A stretch of 64,000 nt of DNA from sequence record LC739537.1; one strand, given 5' to 3'. The translations under genes were made by a program, and so were the position numbers. This document shows, piece after piece, positions 17,863-26,214 of the stretch. Within the stretch, counting starts at the first letter, position 1, and each line of letters begins with the position of its first letter. Origin of the DNA: Escherichia phage phiWec188. Under the pieces are notes generated by a model. That model saw only the letters and a list, made by a program, of their open reading frames with translations. It was not told the DNA's origin and did no database searches.

Positions 17863-20460
17863 ATGAGTAAGTTTACATGGGATATTGAAGCAACCGCATT
17901 ACTGAACAATGACACAATTGATTACCTGGCAAGCCCTTATCGATTGAAAGACACTTTTGGTATGCATTGTATTTGTCTGGAAAACCACGAAACAGGAGAG
18001 ATCATTGCTTTTCACGATGGTCCTAAGTACATTTTCGATGGTCGTCCTTATGAAGAGTCTGACGGTAAGTACACTTATGTACTGAAGGAGTATGTGGCAC
18101 AGGAATACACACACTTCCCTCTGGCAGATTTTCCAGATTTTGTCAACCATACAGGTAAGTTCGCAGATAAGCCTGAATACCTCGTAGAAATGGCTGTAGC
18201 CCATAACGGCATCAACTATGACCACTTGGCAGTTAAGCTTTACTACGGGCTGAATTACAGCGTTAAATACAACACTTGGGGTGATTCGAAAGTTAAGATT
18301 ATTGATACCTTAATCCTTAGTAAAGTATTGAACCCTGATCGCAAGGTTGATGGTAAACCTGGACACAACTTGAACGCCCTTTCTAAAAAAGCTGGCGGGG
18401 ATGTTAAGATCGATTTCCGTAAAGAGATTCCAGAAGGAGAGCGATTCAAGACGTTCGCCGCAGATATGTTGTACTACTGTATCTACGACAACAAGGCAAC
18501 TACAGCAGTATATTATTACCTCATGGAAGAATGGGGTGATTATAAGAAGTGGCAAGAGCCGTTCGACTTGGAGCAACGTATTGCGGATATCATCACCCGT
18601 CAAGAACACCGTGGCTTTAAGTTCAACATGCAACAAGCTGAACAGAACCTGGAATTCTTGGACAAAGAAATGGAACGTCTACGTTTGTTGGTAGAGCCTA
18701 TTCTTCCACCTAAGCCAGCAACTAAAGGTTATCTGAAAGATTTTATTCCACCGAAACTTCAGATCAAGAAGAACGGTGAGCCAACAAACCATATCATCAG
18801 GTTTGCGGAGAAACATGGCGGTAGCCTTGAAGAACGTGAAGGTGATTGGTGGCTGCTTGTTTTAGATAAAGAGTTTAAGTTACCGATCTCAAGTGAAGAA
18901 CCTATTTGTGAACCTACCATTCCGTCTACACTGAATGATACGACACACATTAAAAACTGGCTTGTAGGTTTGGGTTGGGTTCCGTCTGAATATAAAGACA
19001 AAGACTTGACGCTTAAATCTGGTTCGAAGATCAAGAAAGATCCTGACGACTTAGAGAAAGGTATTCTGTCTTATGTCAAACAAACTCTGGAAAGCAACTT
19101 CTGTAATGATCGTTGCGAACACTTACAAGCTGATGCTGAAACATTGGAGCTTAGAATCCGTGAACGTCTGGCTAAAGGGAAAGGTCGTGGTCTTAAAGTG
19201 CTGACCAACCCATGCTTCACGAAGGGACAGGAGAAAGAGATTTGTCCTAATCTTGAAGCACTGGGCGAGAAGTTCCCGTATGCCACGCAGATTGTGCAGT
19301 ACCTGACGTACAAACATCGTCGAAACTCTATTTTGGGCGGTGGTGCAGATTGGGAAGACGATGAGGAAGATCAAGAATACGATAAAGGCTTCTTAGCAGC
19401 AGTTCGTGCCGATGGTCGTATATCGACTCCAGCGGCTACGTGTGACGCTGCAACGTCTCGTATGAAGCATCGCTCTGTTGCGAACGTTCCTCGCGTTACA
19501 TCGTTGTTTGGGTACGAAATGCGTAACTTGTTTGGGGTAGAAACACCACGTTACTTCCAGATCGGTTATGACTTTGACTCCTTGGAAGCAAAGATTGAGT
19601 CGCATTATTGTTGGCGCTACGAGCCGGAGCCTCATGAATACTGTAACGCCCTCTTGTTAGAGAAGCCTAACGATGTTCATACCATGATGGCAAGGCGTAT
19701 CACAGAAACTATTGGACGTAAGTTTGAACGTAGTCCAGCTAAATCTGTTAAGTACGGGATTACATATGGAGCACAGGCAGACAAGGTTGCTAAGACAATT
19801 GGTAGTGATAAGTACACAGGGCAACTGGTGTTTGATGCATTCTGGGAAGCAGCTTTCCCGTTAGCACAACTTAAAGAGAAGTTGAATGCTTTCTGGGTTA
19901 ACACTGGTAAGCAGTATGTTCTTGGTATTGATGGACGTAAAGTACCAACACGATCTGCACATGCAATCTTAAACTCACTGTTCCAAAGTGGCGGGGTTAT
20001 CTGTGCTAAACGTGCAATGGTGATTTATGACGATATGATCGAAGAGGAGGGTTTGGCTGTTGACTTCTTCGTTGATGACTGGAAGAATAAAGACTTCGTT
20101 CAGCAAATGATTGCTTACCACGATGAAGCGCAGCTTGAAGTATCTCGTAACCTGGTAGAATTTAAATGGTTCTCTAAAGAATCTTTGGGCTGGGTTAAAG
20201 TGGATGATGAGAAAGAGCAGAAGAAAATAGATGCAGAATGTCTTGCAAAAGCTAATGAATGGAAGCATAATAAAGAGAAAGAGACAGGGCAGATTTGGGC
20301 TAACGTTCACGAATCACCTAAAGGTGGTTGGTTTACCGCTTATAGTCGTGCCGGAGAGCTTGCTTCTCTTGCTGTTATCAAAGCTGGGGAATATTACAAG
20401 CTAAATGTTCAGCTTACTGCTGGATACGATGTTGGTAGTTCCTGGGCAAGCTGTCACTGA
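17863..20460 (+). CDS. family A DNA polymerase with 3'-5' exonuclease domain
   Basis: Exo I WDIEAT; pol motif A YDFDSLEAKI, motif B RSPAKSVKYGITYG, motif C YHDE. Confidence 0.85.
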   Translation: MSKFTWDIEATALLNNDTIDYLASPYRLKDTFGMHCICLENHETGEIIAFHDGPKYIFDGRPYEESDGKYTYVLKEYVAQEYTHFPLADFPDFVNHTGKFADKPEYLVEMAVAHNGINYDHLAVKLYYGLNYSVKYNTWGDSKVKIIDTLILSKVLNPDRKVDGKPGHNLNALSKKAGGDVKIDFRKEIPEGERFKTFAADMLYYCIYDNKATTAVYYYLMEEWGDYKKWQEPFDLEQRIADIITRQEHRGFKFNMQQAEQNLEFLDKEMERLRLLVEPILPPKPATKGYLKDFIPPKLQIKKNGEPTNHIIRFAEKHGGSLEEREGDWWLLVLDKEFKLPISSEEPICEPTIPSTLNDTTHIKNWLVGLGWVPSEYKDKDLTLKSGSKIKKDPDDLEKGILSYVKQTLESNFCNDRCEHLQADAETLELRIRERLAKGKGRGLKVLTNPCFTKGQEKEICPNLEALGEKFPYATQIVQYLTYKHRRNSILGGGADWEDDEEDQEYDKGFLAAVRADGRISTPAATCDAATSRMKHRSVANVPRVTSLFGYEMRNLFGVETPRYFQIGYDFDSLEAKIESHYCWRYEPEPHEYCNALLLEKPNDVHTMMARRITETIGRKFERSPAKSVKYGITYGAQADKVAKTIGSDKYTGQLVFDAFWEAAFPLAQLKEKLNAFWVNTGKQYVLGIDGRKVPTRSAHAILNSLFQSGGVICAKRAMVIYDDMIEEEGLAVDFFVDDWKNKDFVQQMIAYHDEAQLEVSRNLVEFKWFSKESLGWVKVDDEKEQKKIDAECLAKANEWKHNKEKETGQIWANVHESPKGGWFTAYSRAGELASLAVIKAGEYYKLNVQLTAGYDVGSSWASCH

Positions 20461-20466
20461 TGGTAT

Positions 20467-20484
20467 GGGGCTTCGGCCCCTTTA
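20467..20484 (+). terminator. terminator-like hairpin (GGGGC-TTCG-GCCCC + TTTA)
   Basis: directly after polymerase stop; inside the 5' extension of ORF 20460-20690. Confidence 0.5.
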
Positions 20485-20495
20485 TAGGAGGATAT

Positions 20496-20690
20496 ATGAG
20501 TTACGATTTAGATTACTTTGGTATGCCTTACCTACCCGATGAGTTCGCAGATGAGGCGGAGGATCGTGAGTGGGATGATGGGGATATCCGTTGTTGGTCT
20601 TGTGGTAAAGACATGTCTTATGAACAACACATGCATAACGATGGATTCTGTCCACACTGTCAGAATGAAATCGATTTAGAGGAGGACTAA
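20496..20690 (+). CDS. small zinc-ribbon protein
   Basis: start set to ATG 20496 after GGAGGA RBS; CWSCG...CPHC. Confidence 0.45.
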   Translation: MSYDLDYFGMPYLPDEFADEAEDREWDDGDIRCWSCGKDMSYEQHMHNDGFCPHCQNEIDLEED

Positions 20691-20692
20691 TA

Positions 20693-20860
20693 ATGACTTC
20701 CGGTATTATGATCTGTTATAAGATCGTTCGTATTGTTGGGGATGAAGTTACTACTCGCCACTTTATGATTGAAAATCACGCTGATGAAGTGTATAATGAT
20801 TGGCTGGAACAAGGTGGATACGACTTCGTATCTAAAGAAACTTTCCACTTGGAAGTATAA
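20693..20860 (+). CDS. hypothetical small protein (55 aa, below ORF-track cutoff)
   Basis: GAGGAGGA RBS then ATG; hand translation. Confidence 0.35.
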   Translation: MTSGIMICYKIVRIVGDEVTTRHFMIENHADEVYNDWLEQGGYDFVSKETFHLEV

Positions 20861-20869
20861 GGAGAAGAA

Positions 20870-21088
20870 ATGCGTAAATTAGTAAGTTTTAATGTTTCAA
20901 TTCTTGTTGATGAACAACATGAAGATGTTATTAAAGGTCTTGCAAATAAGCTTGCAGGTGGAATGACGGAAGCTGAAGTGTGGGAAGAATGTGCTCGACT
21001 TTATGAGGAAGGTGTTATTGAGGTCTTGGGGGATGAGATTAATATGGACGATGTTGTAAAAGTAACTGTGGAGCGTATCAATGACTAA
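20870..21088 (+). CDS. hypothetical protein
   Basis: AAGGAGAAGAA RBS. Confidence 0.45.
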   Translation: MRKLVSFNVSILVDEQHEDVIKGLANKLAGGMTEAEVWEECARLYEEGVIEVLGDEINMDDVVKVTVERIND

Positions 21089-21677
21089 ATCAAGCCAGAT
21101 TACCCTTGCCTGTGAGATCCTTACTGTTCTCAAGATTGCTGATCCTCGTTCAATCCTGGCAGGTGGCGCAGTCCGTGACTGGCGAATGTTAAATGCTGCT
21201 GGGCGAGATCTTGACTTCTACACCTCTCTTCCTGCATATAACGGGGAAGCAGAGATTAAAGAATTTATCACCACATCTTTACGTGGGACAAATATTAAGC
21301 TTTTAGGTAACAAAGATTTACCTGAAAACTATTCGTCAATGGTTGGTTTGAAACATGTGTTTGAATTTGAACGTGATGGTCAATTATGTAACCTCATGGT
21401 CATGGAAAGGGGCTACCTACCACAAGTAGCACATAACTTTGATACATCTGTTTGCCAAGCTTCTTTCGACGGAGACACCTACTGGTATAGTGATAACTTT
21501 GAAGTTACACTCGCTACTGGTATTTGTTTCTTGCACAAAGATGCAAAGGAGGATGCCAAACATGTTCGTAAACTTGCTGATCGCTTCCCAACTATGCGTT
21601 TTGTTCGTGAAGTACATGTTCGTCCCGACCCGCAAGCGGATAATTTTGAAGATTTTCAGGACGACATTCCTTGGTAA
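21081..21677 (+). CDS. minimal nucleotidyltransferase, CCA-adding/poly(A) polymerase head-domain-like
   Basis: ILAGGAVRDW followed by GRDLDFY (GGxVRD ... DxD signature of class II tRNA nucleotidyltransferases). Confidence 0.55.
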   Translation: MTKSSQITLACEILTVLKIADPRSILAGGAVRDWRMLNAAGRDLDFYTSLPAYNGEAEIKEFITTSLRGTNIKLLGNKDLPENYSSMVGLKHVFEFERDGQLCNLMVMERGYLPQVAHNFDTSVCQASFDGDTYWYSDNFEVTLATGICFLHKDAKEDAKHVRKLADRFPTMRFVREVHVRPDPQADNFEDFQDDIPW

Positions 21678-21722
21678 ATAAAGCTTGACTTTCACTAATC
21701 TTTTATGATAGGATGACAATCA

Positions 21723-22118
21723 ATGACTGAACGTTCAAAAATAAGTGTTGAAACTGAATACAGCGAATACCTGAACAGTTTGATACTTGTTGAAAAAGAT
21801 GTAATAGGTCTGGATAACTCGTTCTTCTTTCAAATCCTGATAGGTAAGGGTGGACACCGAAAGTTATTCTCTCGTGTGGAAGACTCTGACCTATCCGAAA
21901 CTGAAATAACGGTTAAAGAATTTATTAGCTTGCAGGATAACATCCGAAAAGTTATTGACACAGCCGGAAACGCTGTTACAATAAAACTCGATATGCATTC
22001 TGTGCAATTTGTTCATTTTCCGAATGGAGAAATTGGAGTTGGAATAGGTAAAGGTAAGTACCTTTTAGAAAAAGAAAACGCAGAGCTTCTTCGTGAGTTC
22101 TGTGCAAAAACAATGTGA
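21723..22118 (+). CDS. hypothetical protein
   Basis: ORF. Confidence 0.45.
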   Translation: MTERSKISVETEYSEYLNSLILVEKDVIGLDNSFFFQILIGKGGHRKLFSRVEDSDLSETEITVKEFISLQDNIRKVIDTAGNAVTIKLDMHSVQFVHFPNGEIGVGIGKGKYLLEKENAELLREFCAKTM

Positions 22119-22135
22119 ATATAGAGGAGATAATA

Positions 22136-23044
22136 ATGTCCGTAATTAATACTGAAACTGATCGTAAAGGCAAAACTGTAACTTATGCAACTGGTGTTGT
22201 AGACTACGTTAAACTGGATAAATTTGCAGAGCCTAAAACCTTCCAATGGGATGGTAAGTCGATTGTTTCTACTCACCGTGCTTCACTCGTTCTGAAAGAA
22301 AAGGGTGCCAAGCAGGATGCAAAAGGGACGTGGATTAGCCTGGGTGATATTGAACTGAAAGAAGGTTACGAAAATCTTCAGGTTAAAGATGGTGATACTT
22401 GGATCACTATCGAAAAAGGTGTTGAAGTTAGTATTGATATCGACAAAGTTGATACCAAAGGTGACAAAACTTACTACAATACTAAGAAATCTCGTATCAC
22501 TGTTCTTTCTACTGAAGGCGTTCAAAAGAAAGAAAATAAATCAGGTGGCACTGGCGTTTCAGGTAACACTGGAAACAAACAATCCTTCAAAAAACGTGAT
22601 ACCGTAGGTCTTGAGACTGGTCATGCTGTAAACGGTGCACTGGAATTGATTCGTAATGGTGTGAAAGGTGAAGCGTTTGATATTGCAGGTGTGGTTCAGT
22701 CTGCGACTGTGACTCTGAAAGCTGAAGTGGCTAAAGAACGTGGCGTAGATATCAGTGATTATGATCTGGGGGCTTCTGTTGGTCACGCTGTTCTGAATGC
22801 CTGTAAAGATCATTCCGGTAAGTCTGTTTCAGTAGAAGATTTGATTGAAAATGCTCGTGAAGTTCTGGCACTTTCTGACAAGGTAGCTAATGCCATTCGT
22901 GGTGCAGCAGAACAACCTAAGAAAGAAGAAGCCAAGAAAGAGCCTAAGAAGGAAGAACCTAAGCAGGAGCCTAAGCAAGAACCTGCTCCTCAACAAAATC
23001 AAGAAGAACCTCCAATGGACTTCGACGAAGATATTCCTTTTTGA
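22136..23044 (+). CDS. ssb: single-stranded DNA-binding protein
   Basis: C-terminal tip MDFDEDIPF preceded by Pro/Glu/Lys-rich linker, the hallmark of bacterial-type SSB tails; start set to ATG 22136 after GAGGAG. Confidence 0.6.
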   Translation: MSVINTETDRKGKTVTYATGVVDYVKLDKFAEPKTFQWDGKSIVSTHRASLVLKEKGAKQDAKGTWISLGDIELKEGYENLQVKDGDTWITIEKGVEVSIDIDKVDTKGDKTYYNTKKSRITVLSTEGVQKKENKSGGTGVSGNTGNKQSFKKRDTVGLETGHAVNGALELIRNGVKGEAFDIAGVVQSATVTLKAEVAKERGVDISDYDLGASVGHAVLNACKDHSGKSVSVEDLIENAREVLALSDKVANAIRGAAEQPKKEEAKKEPKKEEPKQEPKQEPAPQQNQEEPPMDFDEDIPF

Positions 23045-23472
23045 TCAGTAAGTTATGCTCGTGTTGTGGGGCTGAAAAGCCTCTCAACATGTTCCAAGTA
23101 AGGAAGGCTTCTAAAGATGGCTATACGGCATCTTGTAAAGCTTGCTTAAAAGAACGTGACCGTATACGAGATCAAGACCCTGATCGTAAAGCAGCAAAAG
23201 AAAAATATGTAAAAGGGAAAGGAAAGGATAAAGCAGACGCTGCTAAAAAGCGTTGGCGAGAAAAGAATCCAAAGAAAAGATCTGTTCATGTTGCCGTAGG
23301 TAATGCATTACGAGATGGGGATTTGGTAAAACAACCTTGTCAAGTTTGCGGAGATACTACTGTTCATGCTCATCATTGCGATTATAACAAACCGTTTGAC
23401 ATTTTGTGGCTATGTCCTCTACATCATGAAGCTTGGCATCAAGAACATGGTGAAGGATTGAATGCTGAATAA
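23041..23472 (+). CDS. HNH endonuclease
   Basis: CQVCG...HAHHCDY...WLCPLHHEAWH zinc-coordinating HNH motif. Confidence 0.6.
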   Translation: MISKLCSCCGAEKPLNMFQVRKASKDGYTASCKACLKERDRIRDQDPDRKAAKEKYVKGKGKDKADAAKKRWREKNPKKRSVHVAVGNALRDGDLVKQPCQVCGDTTVHAHHCDYNKPFDILWLCPLHHEAWHQEHGEGLNAE

Positions 23473-23473
23473 A

Positions 23474-23505
23474 AAGAAAGGAGCCATTTGGCTCCTTTTC
23501 TTATT
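23474..23505. terminator. bidirectional terminator (AAAGGAGCC-ATTT-GGCTCCTTT, flanked by A-run and T-run)
   Basis: sits between the convergent plus-strand early block and minus-strand structural block. Confidence 0.6.
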
Positions 23506-26173
23506 TATAACCCGAAGGAATGCTGTTATAGTCAGAAAGTTTTGTGCAATATCTAAACAGGTAACTGTTAGCTGCACCTCCTAACGTGGTTGTTAATGTC
23601 ACACCTGATCCAGTCAAATTGGTACATCCACTAAAGAATGAAGATAAGGCTCCACGTTTACCACAAACTGTTAATCCTGGGTTGTCATTAAAGATTTTAT
23701 TAAAATCTGTAAGTGCTAAACAACCTTGGAACATAGCTGTGAAAGAAGTTACTTTCGTCGGAATATCATCAAACATTCCTACTGGAACTTCTGCCAAAGC
23801 CGTACAATCTTTAAAAGTGTAAGAGTATCTTGTAACTTTAGATAGATTCTTAAACAAATCGGAAGGAATAGACACCAAAGATGTGCAACCTTCAAACGTA
23901 CTTGACATTGTTGTTATCGAAGGGAACAGAGTGTCACTAAACAAACCTTCAGGAACAGCTTTCAAACTTGTGCAACCAGAGAAGATACCGCTCACAGATG
24001 TTCCAGTATAAGATGTATTGCTAAAACAATCTGACGTTATTCGTCTTAAGTTGACACAACCTTTCAAGAATTGCGAAGCTGGGCTTGTAGAATAACTAAT
24101 TCTGTTACCGCCCCACAGTTCTAAAAGATTTGGGTTTGCTTCTACAGACACTTCAACACTATTAACTACAGCAGCACTTGCAAAGTCAATAGCCAGTCGA
24201 TATTCTCCTGCTGGATAACTATCCACTGTAGAAAAAGCTTTGTTTCTAAATATCACTTTATTTGTAGGAACTACAACGTCGTCCACCTTAACTACAAAGT
24301 TAGCTGGTGTGACAGTACCCGATAAATTTGGGAACGTAATCGCCCCATCTGTCGAGTGGTTGAAATATCCATTTAGAACCGTTAAACTACTACTCGGAGA
24401 TGGAGCTAACTCCTTTCCCGCGACAGCATTTACCGCTAAATAAGAACTATCTTCCGCAGTTACCACGCCTTGATAGGTTGCTCTACAACCAATACGACAA
24501 TCCCCATCAGTAACCGCTGTAATAACGCCTGTAACGGGGTCAACTGTTGCTACCGTAGGGTCGTTAGAGAAATACTCAACAACCATGCCAGGGAGGTTCT
24601 CTGCCCCTGCTGGAGTTATTTCTGCCACCAATGTCTGCGTTGTCCCTTCATCCATAGCTGAAAGACTTGGAGTATACACTTCCAACGTTGAAGCATAACC
24701 TCCAGAGCTATCTGATAAAGTTGTTCCTGCTGCGTTCAATGCTGTCATCCCTGCATCAAAACCACCTTCAGCAACAAACGTCATCAAACCAGAGGAAGAT
24801 ATCGTCATATAAGCTGGGGCAGATGTTGTGTAAGCTTCGTTGAAGAGCTTACCTCCTGAAGGACTTACTGAATAGGTTAACTGTTTGGTCCCACCAACAA
24901 TACAAATACCTAAAGAATCTGTAGACAATCCTGTTGCCAGGGTAGTCCCTGTTACAGTATCTGTAGTTATAGGCGAGAAAGATGTAGAGTTAAGACCGCT
25001 GTTGAACAGGTAAGAAGCTTTTCCGTCTACCCAAGCACCGGAGTAGAAGAGGTTGCCATCGTACACAATGAAAGTTCCCTGGTAGCCCAACTGATTAGTA
25101 ACGTCCATATTGAGCGTGTGTACGCTTGTGAGCTTGTTAAGGTTCCAAGAGGCCACACCTTCAGGTTTGATTGGTTTACCGACTTGTAGTGGGTCTGTGC
25201 TCGCAGAAGCGTATCCTAAGCCAAGATTCGCTGTGTAGTTCTTACCAATGGCCCACAAAGTGTTATTTATCCCCACAAAGAAGGAATGTCTACTCGGAGG
25301 TATTACCCATGATGTAAAACCTGTTGAGAAGTTCTCAAGCTTTGTATACGTTGTTGCCGTATTGGAACGAACATACAGGTAGTTTATTGATCCTGCCCCT
25401 GCTGCTGTATCTCCAATAACAATCGTTTGGGATACTGTGTTGATGTAATCCTTAACAAACACTGTTTCAGTAGCCGAGATTGTAGCTGTAACGAAGGCTG
25501 TGGTTGTACTGTTGTTCCCTGCAACCCCTCTACTTGTCCCGCACACACGAAGTGCTCCTACATTATTGAGGTAAGTACATTGGTTGTATCCTGCATCAAA
25601 CGCCAAAGCAACGCTTGTTATCTGACGTGGAGTAGATATTTGGTTTGTGTTACTTGAACCTAAACTCCCAACAGTATTTTGTCCTGATCCGTAGAGAACT
25701 CCTGTTGTCATCAACCACAACGTGTTATTGTAACCCCCCTTGACTTCTTTCAAGTTGGCTAAGGTGATTGTTCCTGTAATTGAAGATGGGAAACTTGTCC
25801 AAGAAGTCGCACAAACATCTGATCCTCCTGCGGCATTTGCACCTACCAAACCTGCTGTCAGTCCTGCGTATTGCCATCCACCGCTTTGTAGTTTAATAAC
25901 GAAGCAACGATCTGCTGTAAACACATCCGAAGCTACCGTTGAAGCCAGGTAGAAGCTATTGAAACGAGAGCTACGCGTTCCATCTGCGATCTCCCCAAAA
26001 AGGTTGGCACCTTGCATGAACAGTCGCCCATCGTTGAGCAAAAGGGCCAGACTACTGTTAGAATTTCCCGCGTTATCTGGGTAATCTAAAGTTATTACTT
26101 TCTTGACAATCCCTGCTGGAAGTGGTATTACTCCCGCATCTGTCATAATCATCATTACTGGGATTGGAAACAT
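23501..26173 (-). CDS. tail fibre protein with Ig-like (Big_2-type) domain and C-terminal BspA/DUF285-type leucine-rich repeats
   Basis: start set to ATG 26173 after GGAGG; repeated F-x-G-C-T-x-L...P...F ~25-aa units in last ~200 aa; TVATVDPVTGVITAV Big_2-like segment. Confidence 0.55.
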   Translation of the reverse strand: MFPIPVMMIMTDAGVIPLPAGIVKKVITLDYPDNAGNSNSSLALLLNDGRLFMQGANLFGEIADGTRSSRFNSFYLASTVASDVFTADRCFVIKLQSGGWQYAGLTAGLVGANAAGGSDVCATSWTSFPSSITGTITLANLKEVKGGYNNTLWLMTTGVLYGSGQNTVGSLGSSNTNQISTPRQITSVALAFDAGYNQCTYLNNVGALRVCGTSRGVAGNNSTTTAFVTATISATETVFVKDYINTVSQTIVIGDTAAGAGSINYLYVRSNTATTYTKLENFSTGFTSWVIPPSRHSFFVGINNTLWAIGKNYTANLGLGYASASTDPLQVGKPIKPEGVASWNLNKLTSVHTLNMDVTNQLGYQGTFIVYDGNLFYSGAWVDGKASYLFNSGLNSTSFSPITTDTVTGTTLATGLSTDSLGICIVGGTKQLTYSVSPSGGKLFNEAYTTSAPAYMTISSSGLMTFVAEGGFDAGMTALNAAGTTLSDSSGGYASTLEVYTPSLSAMDEGTTQTLVAEITPAGAENLPGMVVEYFSNDPTVATVDPVTGVITAVTDGDCRIGCRATYQGVVTAEDSSYLAVNAVAGKELAPSPSSSLTVLNGYFNHSTDGAITFPNLSGTVTPANFVVKVDDVVVPTNKVIFRNKAFSTVDSYPAGEYRLAIDFASAAVVNSVEVSVEANPNLLELWGGNRISYSTSPASQFLKGCVNLRRITSDCFSNTSYTGTSVSGIFSGCTSLKAVPEGLFSDTLFPSITTMSSTFEGCTSLVSIPSDLFKNLSKVTRYSYTFKDCTALAEVPVGMFDDIPTKVTSFTAMFQGCLALTDFNKIFNDNPGLTVCGKRGALSSFFSGCTNLTGSGVTLTTTLGGAANSYLFRYCTKLSDYNSIPSGYK

Positions 26174-26184
26174 TGTTATCCTCC

Positions 26185-26211
26185 ATAAAAGAAAAGCCCC
26201 TTGCGGGGCTT
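26185..26211 (-). terminator. intrinsic terminator (AGCCCC-GCAA-GGGGCT + U-run on minus strand)
   Basis: hairpin then TTTTCTTTT in transcript orientation, just after stop of collagen-like fibre gene. Confidence 0.55.
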
Positions 26212-26214
26212 CTG

